In this document: positions 42,890 through 51,588 of the stretch, in pieces
Layout: each line of letters opens with the position of its first letter
Numbering within the stretch: position 1 is the stretch's first letter
Assembly: GCA_963710755.1 (NCBI GenBank)
Contig: CAVQBK010000001.1
Coordinates: forward strand, 128,001 to 192,000
DNA: 64,000 bases
From: an uncultured bacterium
Lineage (GTDB): Bacteria > Oederibacteriota > JAAXVQ01 > JAUVAV01
Direction of reading: 5' to 3'
Made by a program: the position numbers and the translations under genes
The notes under the pieces: generated by a model
The model's input: the letters and a program-made list of their open reading frames with translations, nothing else
What the model was told of the DNA's origin: nothing
Databases searched by the model: none

Positions 42890-43265
42890 TAGCCCACCAT
42901 CAAAACAGGCGCACCTGGCTTTGGATAAGGGATCAAGGAAACAACTCTACCTGATCTGGTGGGTGCTGGGCGTGGCGGCTCAAATCCTGCTCAGCCTGCC
43001 AATGGTGATGAAAACTATTTCCTGGAAGGCGGTTGGCTTGACCTCACTGGTGTTTGTCCCGCTCATGTTTGCGGTTGAAAGCGTCAGTGTTTATTGGGGA
43101 TGGTGGGTATGGAATGAAGATAAACTTTGTGGTCTTAAGGCGGGCTTTATTCCGCTGGAAGAGGTAGCTTTGTATTTTCTGGTAGTGCCGTCGGTGGCGG
43201 TGATGTTTCATCTTGTCTGCCGTCTGTTGAAAGCCGTTTTTCCCAGCTTGAAGGCAGACAATTAA
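42873..43265 (+). CDS. Lycopene-cyclase-domain membrane protein
   Basis: VESVSVYWGWWVWN...GFIPLEEVALYF; AAGGA RBS; overlaps the upstream stop. Confidence 0.72.
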   Translation: MMAAPSSPPSKQAHLALDKGSRKQLYLIWWVLGVAAQILLSLPMVMKTISWKAVGLTSLVFVPLMFAVESVSVYWGWWVWNEDKLCGLKAGFIPLEEVALYFLVVPSVAVMFHLVCRLLKAVFPSLKADN

Positions 43266-43303
43266 AATCCGGCAAGTAGCATCGAAAGGAAGGACTTGGA
43301 AAA

Positions 43304-43825
43304 ATGAATTTTCTTTATGCATGGCGTGGGGAACTATACACCCTGGCAAGCATTGTTTCGACTTGGTTTGCCATTAAATGGATTTTTAAAAAGAATCCGA
43401 CCATTTATATGCTGGCCGGGGCTCTGGTAGGTCTGGCCAATGAGTTTATGACCGAGCCGCTTTGGACTTACCATATGCAGTTTTACTTATGGCGGGACAT
43501 CTCGCCGTTCACTATTCTGGGATGGGGCCCGCTTTTTGCCATTATAGTGCTTGGCTCGGAAGCACTTTATAAAAAGTTGTTCCCTTCCAGTCCAGTGCGA
43601 AATTGGAAAATTATTCTTACTGATTTAATGGTGGGAGCGCCTTTGATGGTGGCAGGCGAGACTTTGGGACTAAGGGTGCTGCACATCTGGGAATATAATA
43701 GTGTCCTGCAATGGCATGCTATGGTGCCCTTGATTAATTACCCCTTGGCCGGACTGGTCAGCATGGCCTTTTTCATTATGGCCATGCCGGCTGTTGTGCG
43801 CTACTGGGCGGAGAAAGGAGCCTGA
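43304..43825 (+). CDS. Membrane protein, paralog A (carotenoid cyclase/CruF-like E..WxY..P pattern)
   Basis: EFMTEPLWTY...WRDISPFTILGWG; ETLGL...WEYN...INYPLAGL. Confidence 0.6.
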   Translation: MNFLYAWRGELYTLASIVSTWFAIKWIFKKNPTIYMLAGALVGLANEFMTEPLWTYHMQFYLWRDISPFTILGWGPLFAIIVLGSEALYKKLFPSSPVRNWKIILTDLMVGAPLMVAGETLGLRVLHIWEYNSVLQWHAMVPLINYPLAGLVSMAFFIMAMPAVVRYWAEKGA

Positions 43826-43826
43826 C

Positions 43827-44366
43827 ATGTGGACATTGGTGACGGCCTGGAGGTCTGAATTGCTCACGGTTTTGGCGTTTGCTTTTTCCTGGTGGTTTTT
43901 CAGTCGCATGCTGCACCTGTCTTTTTTAAAGACCTGGGTTCCCGGATTTTTACTAGGAGCAGCGGTGGAGATCATGACCGAGCCGGAATGGACTTACACC
44001 ATGCAATGTTACATCTGGCGTGATGTCTCGCCTTTTGTCATGATGGGATGGGGGATTATGTTTTCTTGGATGATATTATTTTCCGACAAACTTTACCGTA
44101 CTTTTTTCCATGTGACCATGTCAGAACGGGCGCCCCAGGATCCCCGATTATGGCTGACCGATGTGCTGGTGGGCCTGCCGTTTTTTTTAGGAAATGAACT
44201 TTTTGGACTTCATATTTTAAAGAGTTGGAAATATAATGCAGTTTTACAATGGACTACGATGCTGCCGGGTATTAATTATCCACTGGAAGGCTTGGTCGCC
44301 ATTTTATTTTTTAGTCTGGGACTACCGGCCGCAGTACGCTTTTGGAAAGGATACCCTGTGCCTTGA
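43827..44366 (+). CDS. Membrane protein, paralog B of 43304-43825
   Basis: EIMTEPEWTY...WRDVSPFVMMGWG; ELFGL...WKYN...INYPLEGL; AAGGAG RBS; aligns full-length with paralog A. Confidence 0.62.
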   Translation: MWTLVTAWRSELLTVLAFAFSWWFFSRMLHLSFLKTWVPGFLLGAAVEIMTEPEWTYTMQCYIWRDVSPFVMMGWGIMFSWMILFSDKLYRTFFHVTMSERAPQDPRLWLTDVLVGLPFFLGNELFGLHILKSWKYNAVLQWTTMLPGINYPLEGLVAILFFSLGLPAAVRFWKGYPVP

Positions 44367-46063
44367 AAGCCCTTGTCAACCTGGATGTTAAACTTCTGCG
44401 TCTTAGTATTTGGATCACCCTTGGGGCGGCCTTGTTGTTTCTGCCGGTACAGCACTTTTTTGTTCCACCTGCCACACGGCCCATGGTCTACGCAGCCTTG
44501 GGATTTACGCTGGTTTACACGGGCGTGTTGTTTCTGGGGTTTCATTTAAAAAAATACCGTTTAACCGCAATTGCTTTTGTTTTTTTTCACCTCATTACCG
44601 ATTCTTTTGCCATTAGCGCTCATCCGGACAATTTGTTGATTTATGCCTTCTTGCTGGTATTCCTGTTCATTTTTATCTTCAATATACTTCTGGTGCGTTG
44701 GCCGGAAGTGATCGGAAGTGATGTGGTACTGCTGGCGGGCGTGCTGGTTTATATGCTATGGCCGGTCACCGGATTCTTGGGAGCTTTGCGGGAATGGAAT
44801 GTGGATCCGGGATTTGGGGTCGGCGCTATATTTGTTTTTTTTAGTCTGCTTGCCCTATTGGGTACCGCTGCTATTGAGACTATCCGCAGGAAAGAAGAAA
44901 AACTAATCATCATTAATGCCAATCTTCACCGCTTGGTAGCCGAACAGGTAAATAAAATCATTCAGTCTGACAAGGAAAAGCGGGCTTATCAGGAACAGGT
45001 GGAGAGCATTTTGCGCCACATTCCCGTAGGCGTGGTCATTGTAGATCGGGAACTAAATGTGCTCTACAGCAATGGCGTGCACATCAAGGAAGCCCGAGCG
45101 CAGGGCCCTGATAATGACGACCAGGAATCAATATTGCCACAGGACGTGCTTAAAAGTGATTTGTTAAAAGCCAAATTTGATCTGGCCCTAAGTTCTCAAA
45201 AAAAATTGGTAGGGCAGCATTTTACTCATGTTGGAAAAAATGACCAGACGCGAATTATTCGTTATTCTTATGTGCCGGTTAATTTGGATCCCGACGATCA
45301 ACACCTAAAGCTAGTCTTGATCACCGAAGATATTACCCAGGAAGAAAATATGCGCGAAAAGTTGATGCGTACGGAGCATATGGCGGAAATGGGCAAGATG
45401 GCCGCCAATTTGGCCCATGAAGTTAATAATCCACTGGCGGGTATCAAGCTTTATTTGGAATTACTGGAACAGGGGATTGAAGATGACGGTAAACGCAAAC
45501 GTATTTTCACCATCCTTGATACCAGCATTGCCCGCATCGACAAGATTATCAAAGGTTTCTTAACCTTTTCCCGGCAGGAAAAAGCCCGGAAAGACCAGAT
45601 TAACCTGGCCGCGGTTATGAAAGAAACACTGGATATTGCTGTTGGATTTAAACCGTTGCATCATATTGATATTGACATTAACTTATCCAAAGACTTGCCT
45701 TTTGTTGCGGCTGACCGCTACAAAATGGGCCAGGTGTTTCTTAATTTAATCAATAATGCTAAAGATGCCATGCCCCAGGGCGGCCGCCTGCAGATATCCG
45801 CGCGTAGGGAGGAGGATCACATTGTCTTGGTGTTTGCAGATAATGGAATGGGTATTAAAAAAGAAGATGTTCCCCATGTTTTTACTCCTTTTTACACCAC
45901 CAAGGAAAGAGGTCATGGTACGGGTTTGGGCTTGTCTACCTGCTATGGGATTATTCAGGATCATGGTGGTACCATTGATGTCAGCAGTCGGGAAGGGGTA
46001 GGGACTACTTTCACGATAAAAATACCTATTGTCTTGACCAAGAAAGGATTATTCCATGGCTAG
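44363..46063 (+). CDS. Membrane sensor histidine kinase (multi-TM, PAS, NtrB-type)
   Basis: ~6 TM helices, PAS-like IPVGVVIVD, LAHEVNNPL, QVFLNLINNA, DNGMGI, FTPFYTTK, GTGLGL; TTG start overlaps the upstream TGA. Confidence 0.92.
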   Translation: MKALVNLDVKLLRLSIWITLGAALLFLPVQHFFVPPATRPMVYAALGFTLVYTGVLFLGFHLKKYRLTAIAFVFFHLITDSFAISAHPDNLLIYAFLLVFLFIFIFNILLVRWPEVIGSDVVLLAGVLVYMLWPVTGFLGALREWNVDPGFGVGAIFVFFSLLALLGTAAIETIRRKEEKLIIINANLHRLVAEQVNKIIQSDKEKRAYQEQVESILRHIPVGVVIVDRELNVLYSNGVHIKEARAQGPDNDDQESILPQDVLKSDLLKAKFDLALSSQKKLVGQHFTHVGKNDQTRIIRYSYVPVNLDPDDQHLKLVLITEDITQEENMREKLMRTEHMAEMGKMAANLAHEVNNPLAGIKLYLELLEQGIEDDGKRKRIFTILDTSIARIDKIIKGFLTFSRQEKARKDQINLAAVMKETLDIAVGFKPLHHIDIDINLSKDLPFVAADRYKMGQVFLNLINNAKDAMPQGGRLQISARREEDHIVLVFADNGMGIKKEDVPHVFTPFYTTKERGHGTGLGLSTCYGIIQDHGGTIDVSSREGVGTTFTIKIPIVLTKKGLFHG

Positions 46064-46406
46064 ACGCCTTTTAGTGGTTGATGATGAAATGGTTATTCGC
46101 GATCCCATAACCATTTATTTGGAACAACTGGGGTATACAGTTGACCATGCGGAAAATGGTGTGGAAGCTCTGCATTTAATTTGTTCCAAAACCTATGATT
46201 TGGTGATTCTTGACATCAGTATGCCCTATATGAATGGCCATGAGTTGAGCCAAGCTTTGAAGGACGAAGGACAAACCGTGCCCATTTTGATTATTTCCGC
46301 CAAAGTGCCCAGCACGCCGCTCCATCAAGAGGCAGGCCGGCTCATCAAACCTTTTTCGTTGAAAGCTCTGGCCCAGGAAATCGAAAATATTTTAAACACT
46401 CCTTAA
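46056..46406 (+). CDS. Single-domain response regulator
   Basis: LLVVDDE, ILDISMP, IISA, IKPF. Confidence 0.92.
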   Translation: MARRLLVVDDEMVIRDPITIYLEQLGYTVDHAENGVEALHLICSKTYDLVILDISMPYMNGHELSQALKDEGQTVPILIISAKVPSTPLHQEAGRLIKPFSLKALAQEIENILNTP

Positions 46407-46567
46407 GTGTGCTATGATTAAACGCGCTTGGGTTGGGACGTCTTGTTGCGGCCGGCTGGTAGGTTGAATGAAGCTGAACAGGACGTTGGTTTTTAGACAA
46501 AGCGGACTTGACCATTCCGAAGAGATCTCAAAGCAATAATAGTATATCAGACGGGGGATTAGTGTTC

Positions 46568-46846
46568 ATGGCAAAAAAAGTCAATACCAAGCTTGAAAAA
46601 AAGCAGTTTTTTATGGGATTCTTTACGTTTTTAGGTGTTTTTTTGCTTTCTTACGTATGGGTGTTGTTTATTACCCCTATTCCTTATACCTCGGCCGGCT
46701 TATATGCCTTGATCAGCTTTTTAACGGGTGTGCTGGCCTCGGTAGTCTTGATATTTACACGTCATTCTCTAATGGGGTTAGGTGGTAGTTTGGCAGCAAT
46801 CCTCTATGTGGTTTTCTTCGCCGTGACCTGGAGTCTGGTGCGCTAA
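46568..46846 (+). CDS. Small hypothetical 3-TM membrane protein
   Basis: Three hydrophobic helices; convergent overlap with the next gene. Confidence 0.55.
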   Translation: MAKKVNTKLEKKQFFMGFFTFLGVFLLSYVWVLFITPIPYTSAGLYALISFLTGVLASVVLIFTRHSLMGLGGSLAAILYVVFFAVTWSLVR

Positions 46847-48109
46847 GATCTTGAGGTCAAAACGATCGAGGCTGAACAGGAAACTGTTGCCGCCACGCTG
46901 ATTGACGGTGGTCCATAAATGACCCTGATGTTTGGCAATGATTTTTTGGCAAATGGCCAGCCCCAATCCGCTTCCTGTTTTTTTAGATGTTGACTTGATG
47001 CGGTAAAACTTTTCGAAGACCCGATTCCGCTGATCCTCGGTCAGGGGCGTTCCCAAATCATCGATCGAAAAAATGACCTTCTCACCTTTGCTGTAACAAT
47101 TAATATAGACTGGTGTTTGATCAGGAGCATATTTCAAGGCGTTGGAGATCAAGTTGGACAAGACTTGCAACAAACGAAGTTTATCCGCTTTGACCATAAG
47201 CGCCTTTTGGATCTGTTCCAATTGCACTCGATCCAACTGTCCCGGCTCACTGCCTTTGATGGAAGCCAAAGCTTCAGTGATCAAGTTAGCGCAGGAAACA
47301 GGTTCGAATTTCAGATCCAATTTATCCAATTCCAATTTGGTCAATACTAAAAGATCATTAATCATACGTTCGATATAACTGCTGTTCTTTTTAATGATGG
47401 TACTGAATTCCAATTGATCGTCGGTAAGGGGTCCCAGTTTGCCTTTCATGAAAAGTGTGGCGAATCCGCCGATGGAAGTGATAGGGGTGCGCAATTCATG
47501 GGCCACCATAGAAATGCTTTCCGAACGGGCCAATTCAGCTTCGCGCAACTCATCATTAGCTTTGCGTAATTGATCAGTTGTACTTCTTATTTCTTTTTCG
47601 AGTTCCTGATTAAAGGTTTCCTGGCGTTCAAAAGCCTTGGCATTGGCCAGGGCCGAGGCCAGCATAGTACTGATTTTTTCAAGCAGGGTTAAATCTTCTC
47701 CGGTAAAGACCGGGGTTTCGGCGTCGAGAGAAAGCTGGATAGCACCAATGGGACGGCCCTCCACCAGCAAGGGCAGGGTCATAAAATGTCCTTTCTCCTG
47801 TTCTTCGACTTGGTGGGAGGGAGCTGCCTGGGTTTGAGCATTCAAGATGGTGCGCTCACCCGTCGTGATTACCCATTGGGCCAAACCGCTGGCCGTATCA
47901 GGGCTCGATTTTTGAAGTAAATGGTCTTGAGCGTCCAAAGTAAAGGACTTTAGATCAGCGGCGGGTGCGGTTAGATAGAGAAAGACCTGAGCCTGGCGAT
48001 AGAGATCCTTTAAAGCCAGCAACCCATGGTAAATGACTTTTTTGACCCGCAGGGATTGGTGCAGCGATTGCGCCAGATCCAATAATTTCAACATTTGGGG
48101 AAGATACAT
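46778..48109 (-). CDS. GAF-domain sensor histidine kinase
   Basis: GAF (LPLLVEGRPIGAI), AHELRTP, QVLSNLISNALKY, FEKFYR, GSGLGL. Confidence 0.92.
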   Translation of the reverse strand: MYLPQMLKLLDLAQSLHQSLRVKKVIYHGLLALKDLYRQAQVFLYLTAPAADLKSFTLDAQDHLLQKSSPDTASGLAQWVITTGERTILNAQTQAAPSHQVEEQEKGHFMTLPLLVEGRPIGAIQLSLDAETPVFTGEDLTLLEKISTMLASALANAKAFERQETFNQELEKEIRSTTDQLRKANDELREAELARSESISMVAHELRTPITSIGGFATLFMKGKLGPLTDDQLEFSTIIKKNSSYIERMINDLLVLTKLELDKLDLKFEPVSCANLITEALASIKGSEPGQLDRVQLEQIQKALMVKADKLRLLQVLSNLISNALKYAPDQTPVYINCYSKGEKVIFSIDDLGTPLTEDQRNRVFEKFYRIKSTSKKTGSGLGLAICQKIIAKHQGHLWTTVNQRGGNSFLFSLDRFDLKILAHQTPGHGEENHIEDCCQTTT

Positions 48110-48245
48110 GCCAAAGACTCCGGGACAATCAGGTTAGGCCACGAATTAAATGCTACTGTGAACTGATGCGTTGTATTATACGGTAGCCGGTTTAGGAGAA
48201 CAACCTTTATTCCCGCTAATTAGGCCTGGACTGGTTTCTGGGCTA

Positions 48246-48274
48246 TTGACATTTGGGGAGCAAGCGTCAATAAT
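48246..48274 (+). promoter_or_regulatory. Putative sigma70 promoter
   Basis: TTGACA-N17-AATAAT. Confidence 0.45.
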
Positions 48275-48310
48275 GATTCTCGCTTATCCTATCAGGGGGT
48301 CAACCGTTCG

Positions 48311-48697
48311 ATGGATCAACATATGTCGGATTTTATGAAATTGGACGATGATTTCGAGCTGTTTATAAAAGATTTTGTCAATACCTTCGTGAAATGGGAG
48401 TTGGTCCAATTTTTTCATGATCATCAGGAGGCGTCTTTTTCGCTTGATGACTTGTCCCAGAAATTGAACCGTTCTCCCAAAACACTTAAAAGCGAGATGG
48501 ATGAGCTGGTGGATAAAGGCTTTTTACAGACTCGCAAGGGCAAGGACGTCACTTATCGTTTGCTGGATTCCAAATCAATCCGCTATACGGAATTAACAGG
48601 ATTGTTGGAACGCTTTGTGGAATTTTGCAAAAGCCGTGAAGGCCGGCTGCGTGTTATTTATAAAATTCTCAAGGATGGCAAACCGCTCCAAAGTTGA
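48311..48697 (+). CDS. Putative winged helix-turn-helix protein
   Basis: FSLDDLSQKLNRSPKTLKSEMDELVDKGFL...VTYRL. Confidence 0.65.
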   Translation: MDQHMSDFMKLDDDFELFIKDFVNTFVKWELVQFFHDHQEASFSLDDLSQKLNRSPKTLKSEMDELVDKGFLQTRKGKDVTYRLLDSKSIRYTELTGLLERFVEFCKSREGRLRVIYKILKDGKPLQS

Positions 48698-48852
48698 ACC
48701 ATACTGGAATGGATTTCCTTGGAATGCTGGAGCTCACGGCGAAAAGTTGAAATAACAGGTTTGGACCAAACCGACAGGACCCGCAAAGCGTGAATAATAC
48801 GCTGCCATGAATTACGGTGTATTTGGATATGAAAGGAAGAAAAATATTGTTT

Positions 48853-48906
48853 CTTTATTGTCGCTTGTTCCGCATTTAAGTAGGGAATGAAGCGAGGACG
48901 TATTAA
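48853..48906 (+). promoter_or_regulatory. Conserved upstream element, copy before the amrB/A fusion
   Basis: TTTATTGTCGCTTGTTCCGCATTTAAGTAGGGAATGAAGCGAGGACGTATTAA; TCGCTT/AAGCGA stem. Confidence 0.72.
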
Positions 48907-48923
48907 AATGGAGGCAAGCAAGT

Positions 48924-50483
48924 ATGGTTAGGGTTAAAGCTCAGTTTTGGGTTTATACAATAACGATTCTAGGAATCATAAATCTCCTGACCGGATGTAC
49001 CAATATTCAAGATCTTCAAAAGCAAATTCACTCTACCGCTGCGGCGGGCCACTATTTTCCTCAAAAAGCCAAAGATTTGAACGCCTTGCTAAAAAAAGCC
49101 TTTCAGGCAGCGCCCAGCCCCAAACTAGATGGCAACCCCATCGGGTTGATGGTACCCCATGGCGCTATGAAATATACGGGGGTTATCACGGCCATGGCCA
49201 TGCGGACCTTAACCCGTACGGACGTGGATACCATTTATATTCTGGGGACATCCCATTTTGCCAATGTTCGAGGGGCCATTACCTGGCAAGGCCAGGCTTG
49301 GCGCACACCTTTGGGTCTGTACGCCATTGATCAACAGGCCGTGCGCGAACTCCTGCGAGACTGCCCCTATATCCATCTATGGCCTTCAGCTTGGAAACAG
49401 GAGTACTCGGTGGATGTGCCCATACCCTTTCTCCAAACAGTGGCACCCAAGGCAAAGATGGTCCCCCTTATATTTGGCACCACCAATTGGGAAGAGACCT
49501 GGGCTATTGCCAGGGCCATCGCGGCCAATGCCAAAGGCAAGAAGGCCCTGGTGCTCATTTCGGTTGACCTGGCCCATTATCCCTCTGCCGAGGATAGCAT
49601 GGTCATCGACCGGCAAGTTTTAAGTACCATTCAGCGTTTTGATCCTTATGCTTTGGAAAAGCTGGATGCTCGGTTACTGGCCAAAGATATTCCTAATTTA
49701 ATATGCACCGTCTGTGGCTTAGCGGCCCTGAAAACCGGCATGGTGGCCACCAATTTGATGGGGGCCAATAAAATTCAAAAGATCCAATATGCCAATACAG
49801 CCATGATTGCAGGCAAGAAGACCAAGGTCGTGGGGTACGGCAGTCTGGCTTTCGTTAACGATCCCCAACAATCGCCGGTCACCCTGGTAGAGAAACATCC
49901 AAGTCAGGAATCTGTCCGGTGGCATGAAGCAGATATTCAGGAACTTCTGGACATTGCCCGTGCGGCGATTGTCGAAGGTATTGCCACGGGCAAACAATTG
50001 CGCCCTACCACCGCCAACCCCAGGCTCCTGGAGAAACATGCTGTATTCATTGAATTGACCAATCGGGACGGTGATGTCAGAGGCAGTATGGGGGTTATGG
50101 AACCGCGATTACCTTTATACCAGAGTGTGGCACAAATGGCCGTGGCCGCAGCATTTAAAGATCCCCGTTATGATCACATAAAAGCATCGGAACTTCCTGA
50201 CCTCAATATTGAGTTGTCCTTAATTTCACCTTTAAAACCCATAAGCGATGTGGGGGAAATTAAGCTGGGGCAGGAGGGTGTCTTAATTAGAAGAGGCAGA
50301 CGGGAAGGGTTTTATTTTCCGCAAGTGCCTATCCAAAAAAAATGGTCCAAAGAGGAGTTGTTAACCAACCTTTGCCTCCAAAAAGCCCGATTGCCTGAAA
50401 AGGCTTGGCAGGAGAAAGGGTCCCAGCTTTATGTTTTTACAGTGAGGTCTTTTAAACAGCCTGCACCAGGGCGAAATCCATAG
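48924..50483 (+). CDS. AmmeMemoRadiSam protein B (MEMO1-like) fused to protein A (AMMECR1-like), predicted lipoprotein
   Basis: Lipobox LTGC; AAGHYFP, VPHG, GTSH, DLAHY, VCG, VVGYG; AVFIEL...VRGSMG, AAFKDPRY, IELSLIS, FPQV, LCLQKA. Confidence 0.85.
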   Translation: MVRVKAQFWVYTITILGIINLLTGCTNIQDLQKQIHSTAAAGHYFPQKAKDLNALLKKAFQAAPSPKLDGNPIGLMVPHGAMKYTGVITAMAMRTLTRTDVDTIYILGTSHFANVRGAITWQGQAWRTPLGLYAIDQQAVRELLRDCPYIHLWPSAWKQEYSVDVPIPFLQTVAPKAKMVPLIFGTTNWEETWAIARAIAANAKGKKALVLISVDLAHYPSAEDSMVIDRQVLSTIQRFDPYALEKLDARLLAKDIPNLICTVCGLAALKTGMVATNLMGANKIQKIQYANTAMIAGKKTKVVGYGSLAFVNDPQQSPVTLVEKHPSQESVRWHEADIQELLDIARAAIVEGIATGKQLRPTTANPRLLEKHAVFIELTNRDGDVRGSMGVMEPRLPLYQSVAQMAVAAAFKDPRYDHIKASELPDLNIELSLISPLKPISDVGEIKLGQEGVLIRRGRREGFYFPQVPIQKKWSKEELLTNLCLQKARLPEKAWQEKGSQLYVFTVRSFKQPAPGRNP

Positions 50484-50537
50484 GCAGATATTGCGTGCCG
50501 GAATTGTTCATTAAGTTTAGCAGGGAGTAGTATTTTA

Positions 50538-51149
50538 ATGATAGTTTTATTCGGCCTGCTTTTGGGGGCGTCCTTGGCAACCTATCCTGTTTTATCCTCA
50601 TCATCGCTTGGCTACGCTTTTCCCAACATTAATGGCCAAGTTTCAGCTCGCCCTACTTTTGGGCGGGTTTTTCGTTTTTTTATTGGACGTTATTTGGGAA
50701 CGCTTTTGTTGGCCATGATTTGCAGCACTGTTGGCGTTTTATTTAAAATGGAATGGACCCAACGTCTGCTGTTGGTGGGATTGATTTTCCTTGGGATTTT
50801 TATCATCCTTTATGCCCTTACCAATGATTCGCCGGAGCTCATTTTAGCGAAAAAAAGTGATGTTACGGGCACGTCCTTACCCCTCATACTCCTGGGATTT
50901 TTGTCTGCTTTTATACTGGCAGCACCCAACATCATTGCGATTTTATGGGTTTTTTTCAATTTTAATTTACAAACAAATTATATTTTTTTTACAAATTTAT
51001 TTCTCGGCCATATGCTCTTTTTTTTACCCTTCCTTTTAAACCGAACCTGGTCAAATAGCCGATTTTACTATTATTTTGCAAGGACAATCCTTATTTTTAA
51101 CGGATGTGTGGTGTTGTTTTATAGTGTGAAGAACCTGTTGTTAAAATGA
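50538..51149 (+). CDS. Multi-pass membrane protein (TauE/DsbD_2-like)
   Basis: ~6 TM helices, FFIGRYLGTLLL pattern. Confidence 0.5.
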   Translation: MIVLFGLLLGASLATYPVLSSSSLGYAFPNINGQVSARPTFGRVFRFFIGRYLGTLLLAMICSTVGVLFKMEWTQRLLLVGLIFLGIFIILYALTNDSPELILAKKSDVTGTSLPLILLGFLSAFILAAPNIIAILWVFFNFNLQTNYIFFTNLFLGHMLFFLPFLLNRTWSNSRFYYYFARTILIFNGCVVLFYSVKNLLLK

Positions 51150-51189
51150 AACATTGGGCTTGCAAATAAAATAATTAGTGAAATCAAAT

Positions 51190-51218
51190 TTGACTTGTCA
51201 TTTTCCAGGTGCTATATT
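51190..51218 (+). promoter_or_regulatory. Putative sigma70 promoter for the surface-protein cluster
   Basis: TTGACT-N17-TATATT with an extended -10 TG. Confidence 0.5.
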
Positions 51219-51279
51219 TAGAAAAATTGAGAAAATAGGTTCGGTATCAGCAGGTAATGGCTTTAGAAAAAAGTGAGGA

Positions 51280-51564
51280 TTGATGGACCAGGACTTTTCG
51301 ATTTTAAAAAAATCAGTCGGTATTTTGAAGATATTTTCGTATGTTTTGGCAGGAATTGGTATTGCTGGCGCACTAATTATTTTATTAAGTAAAACACCCG
51401 GATCTGGTAAGTTGGCCAGTTTGGGTGTTTTGTTTATGGGGACTTTATATTTTGCAATTGTGTATTTAGTTGCAGAAGTAATTAAGTTGCTGTTGGAAAT
51501 TAATGAACGTTTAAAAAACCTATCGCAGACCGTCCAGCAGCCTTCTAAGCGTGAAATTCGATAA
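51280..51564 (+). CDS. Small 2-TM hypothetical protein
   Basis: Two hydrophobic helices followed by AEVIKLLLEINE. Confidence 0.65.
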   Translation: MMDQDFSILKKSVGILKIFSYVLAGIGIAGALIILLSKTPGSGKLASLGVLFMGTLYFAIVYLVAEVIKLLLEINERLKNLSQTVQQPSKREIR

Positions 51565-51588
51565 TGATAACTGGAGGGTCGTCATTTC

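Noticed and set aside
41808-44366. Carotenoid biosynthesis cluster
   Set aside because: No phytoene synthase, desaturase or GGPP synthase in the window; only cyclase-like domains, reported as a finding instead.
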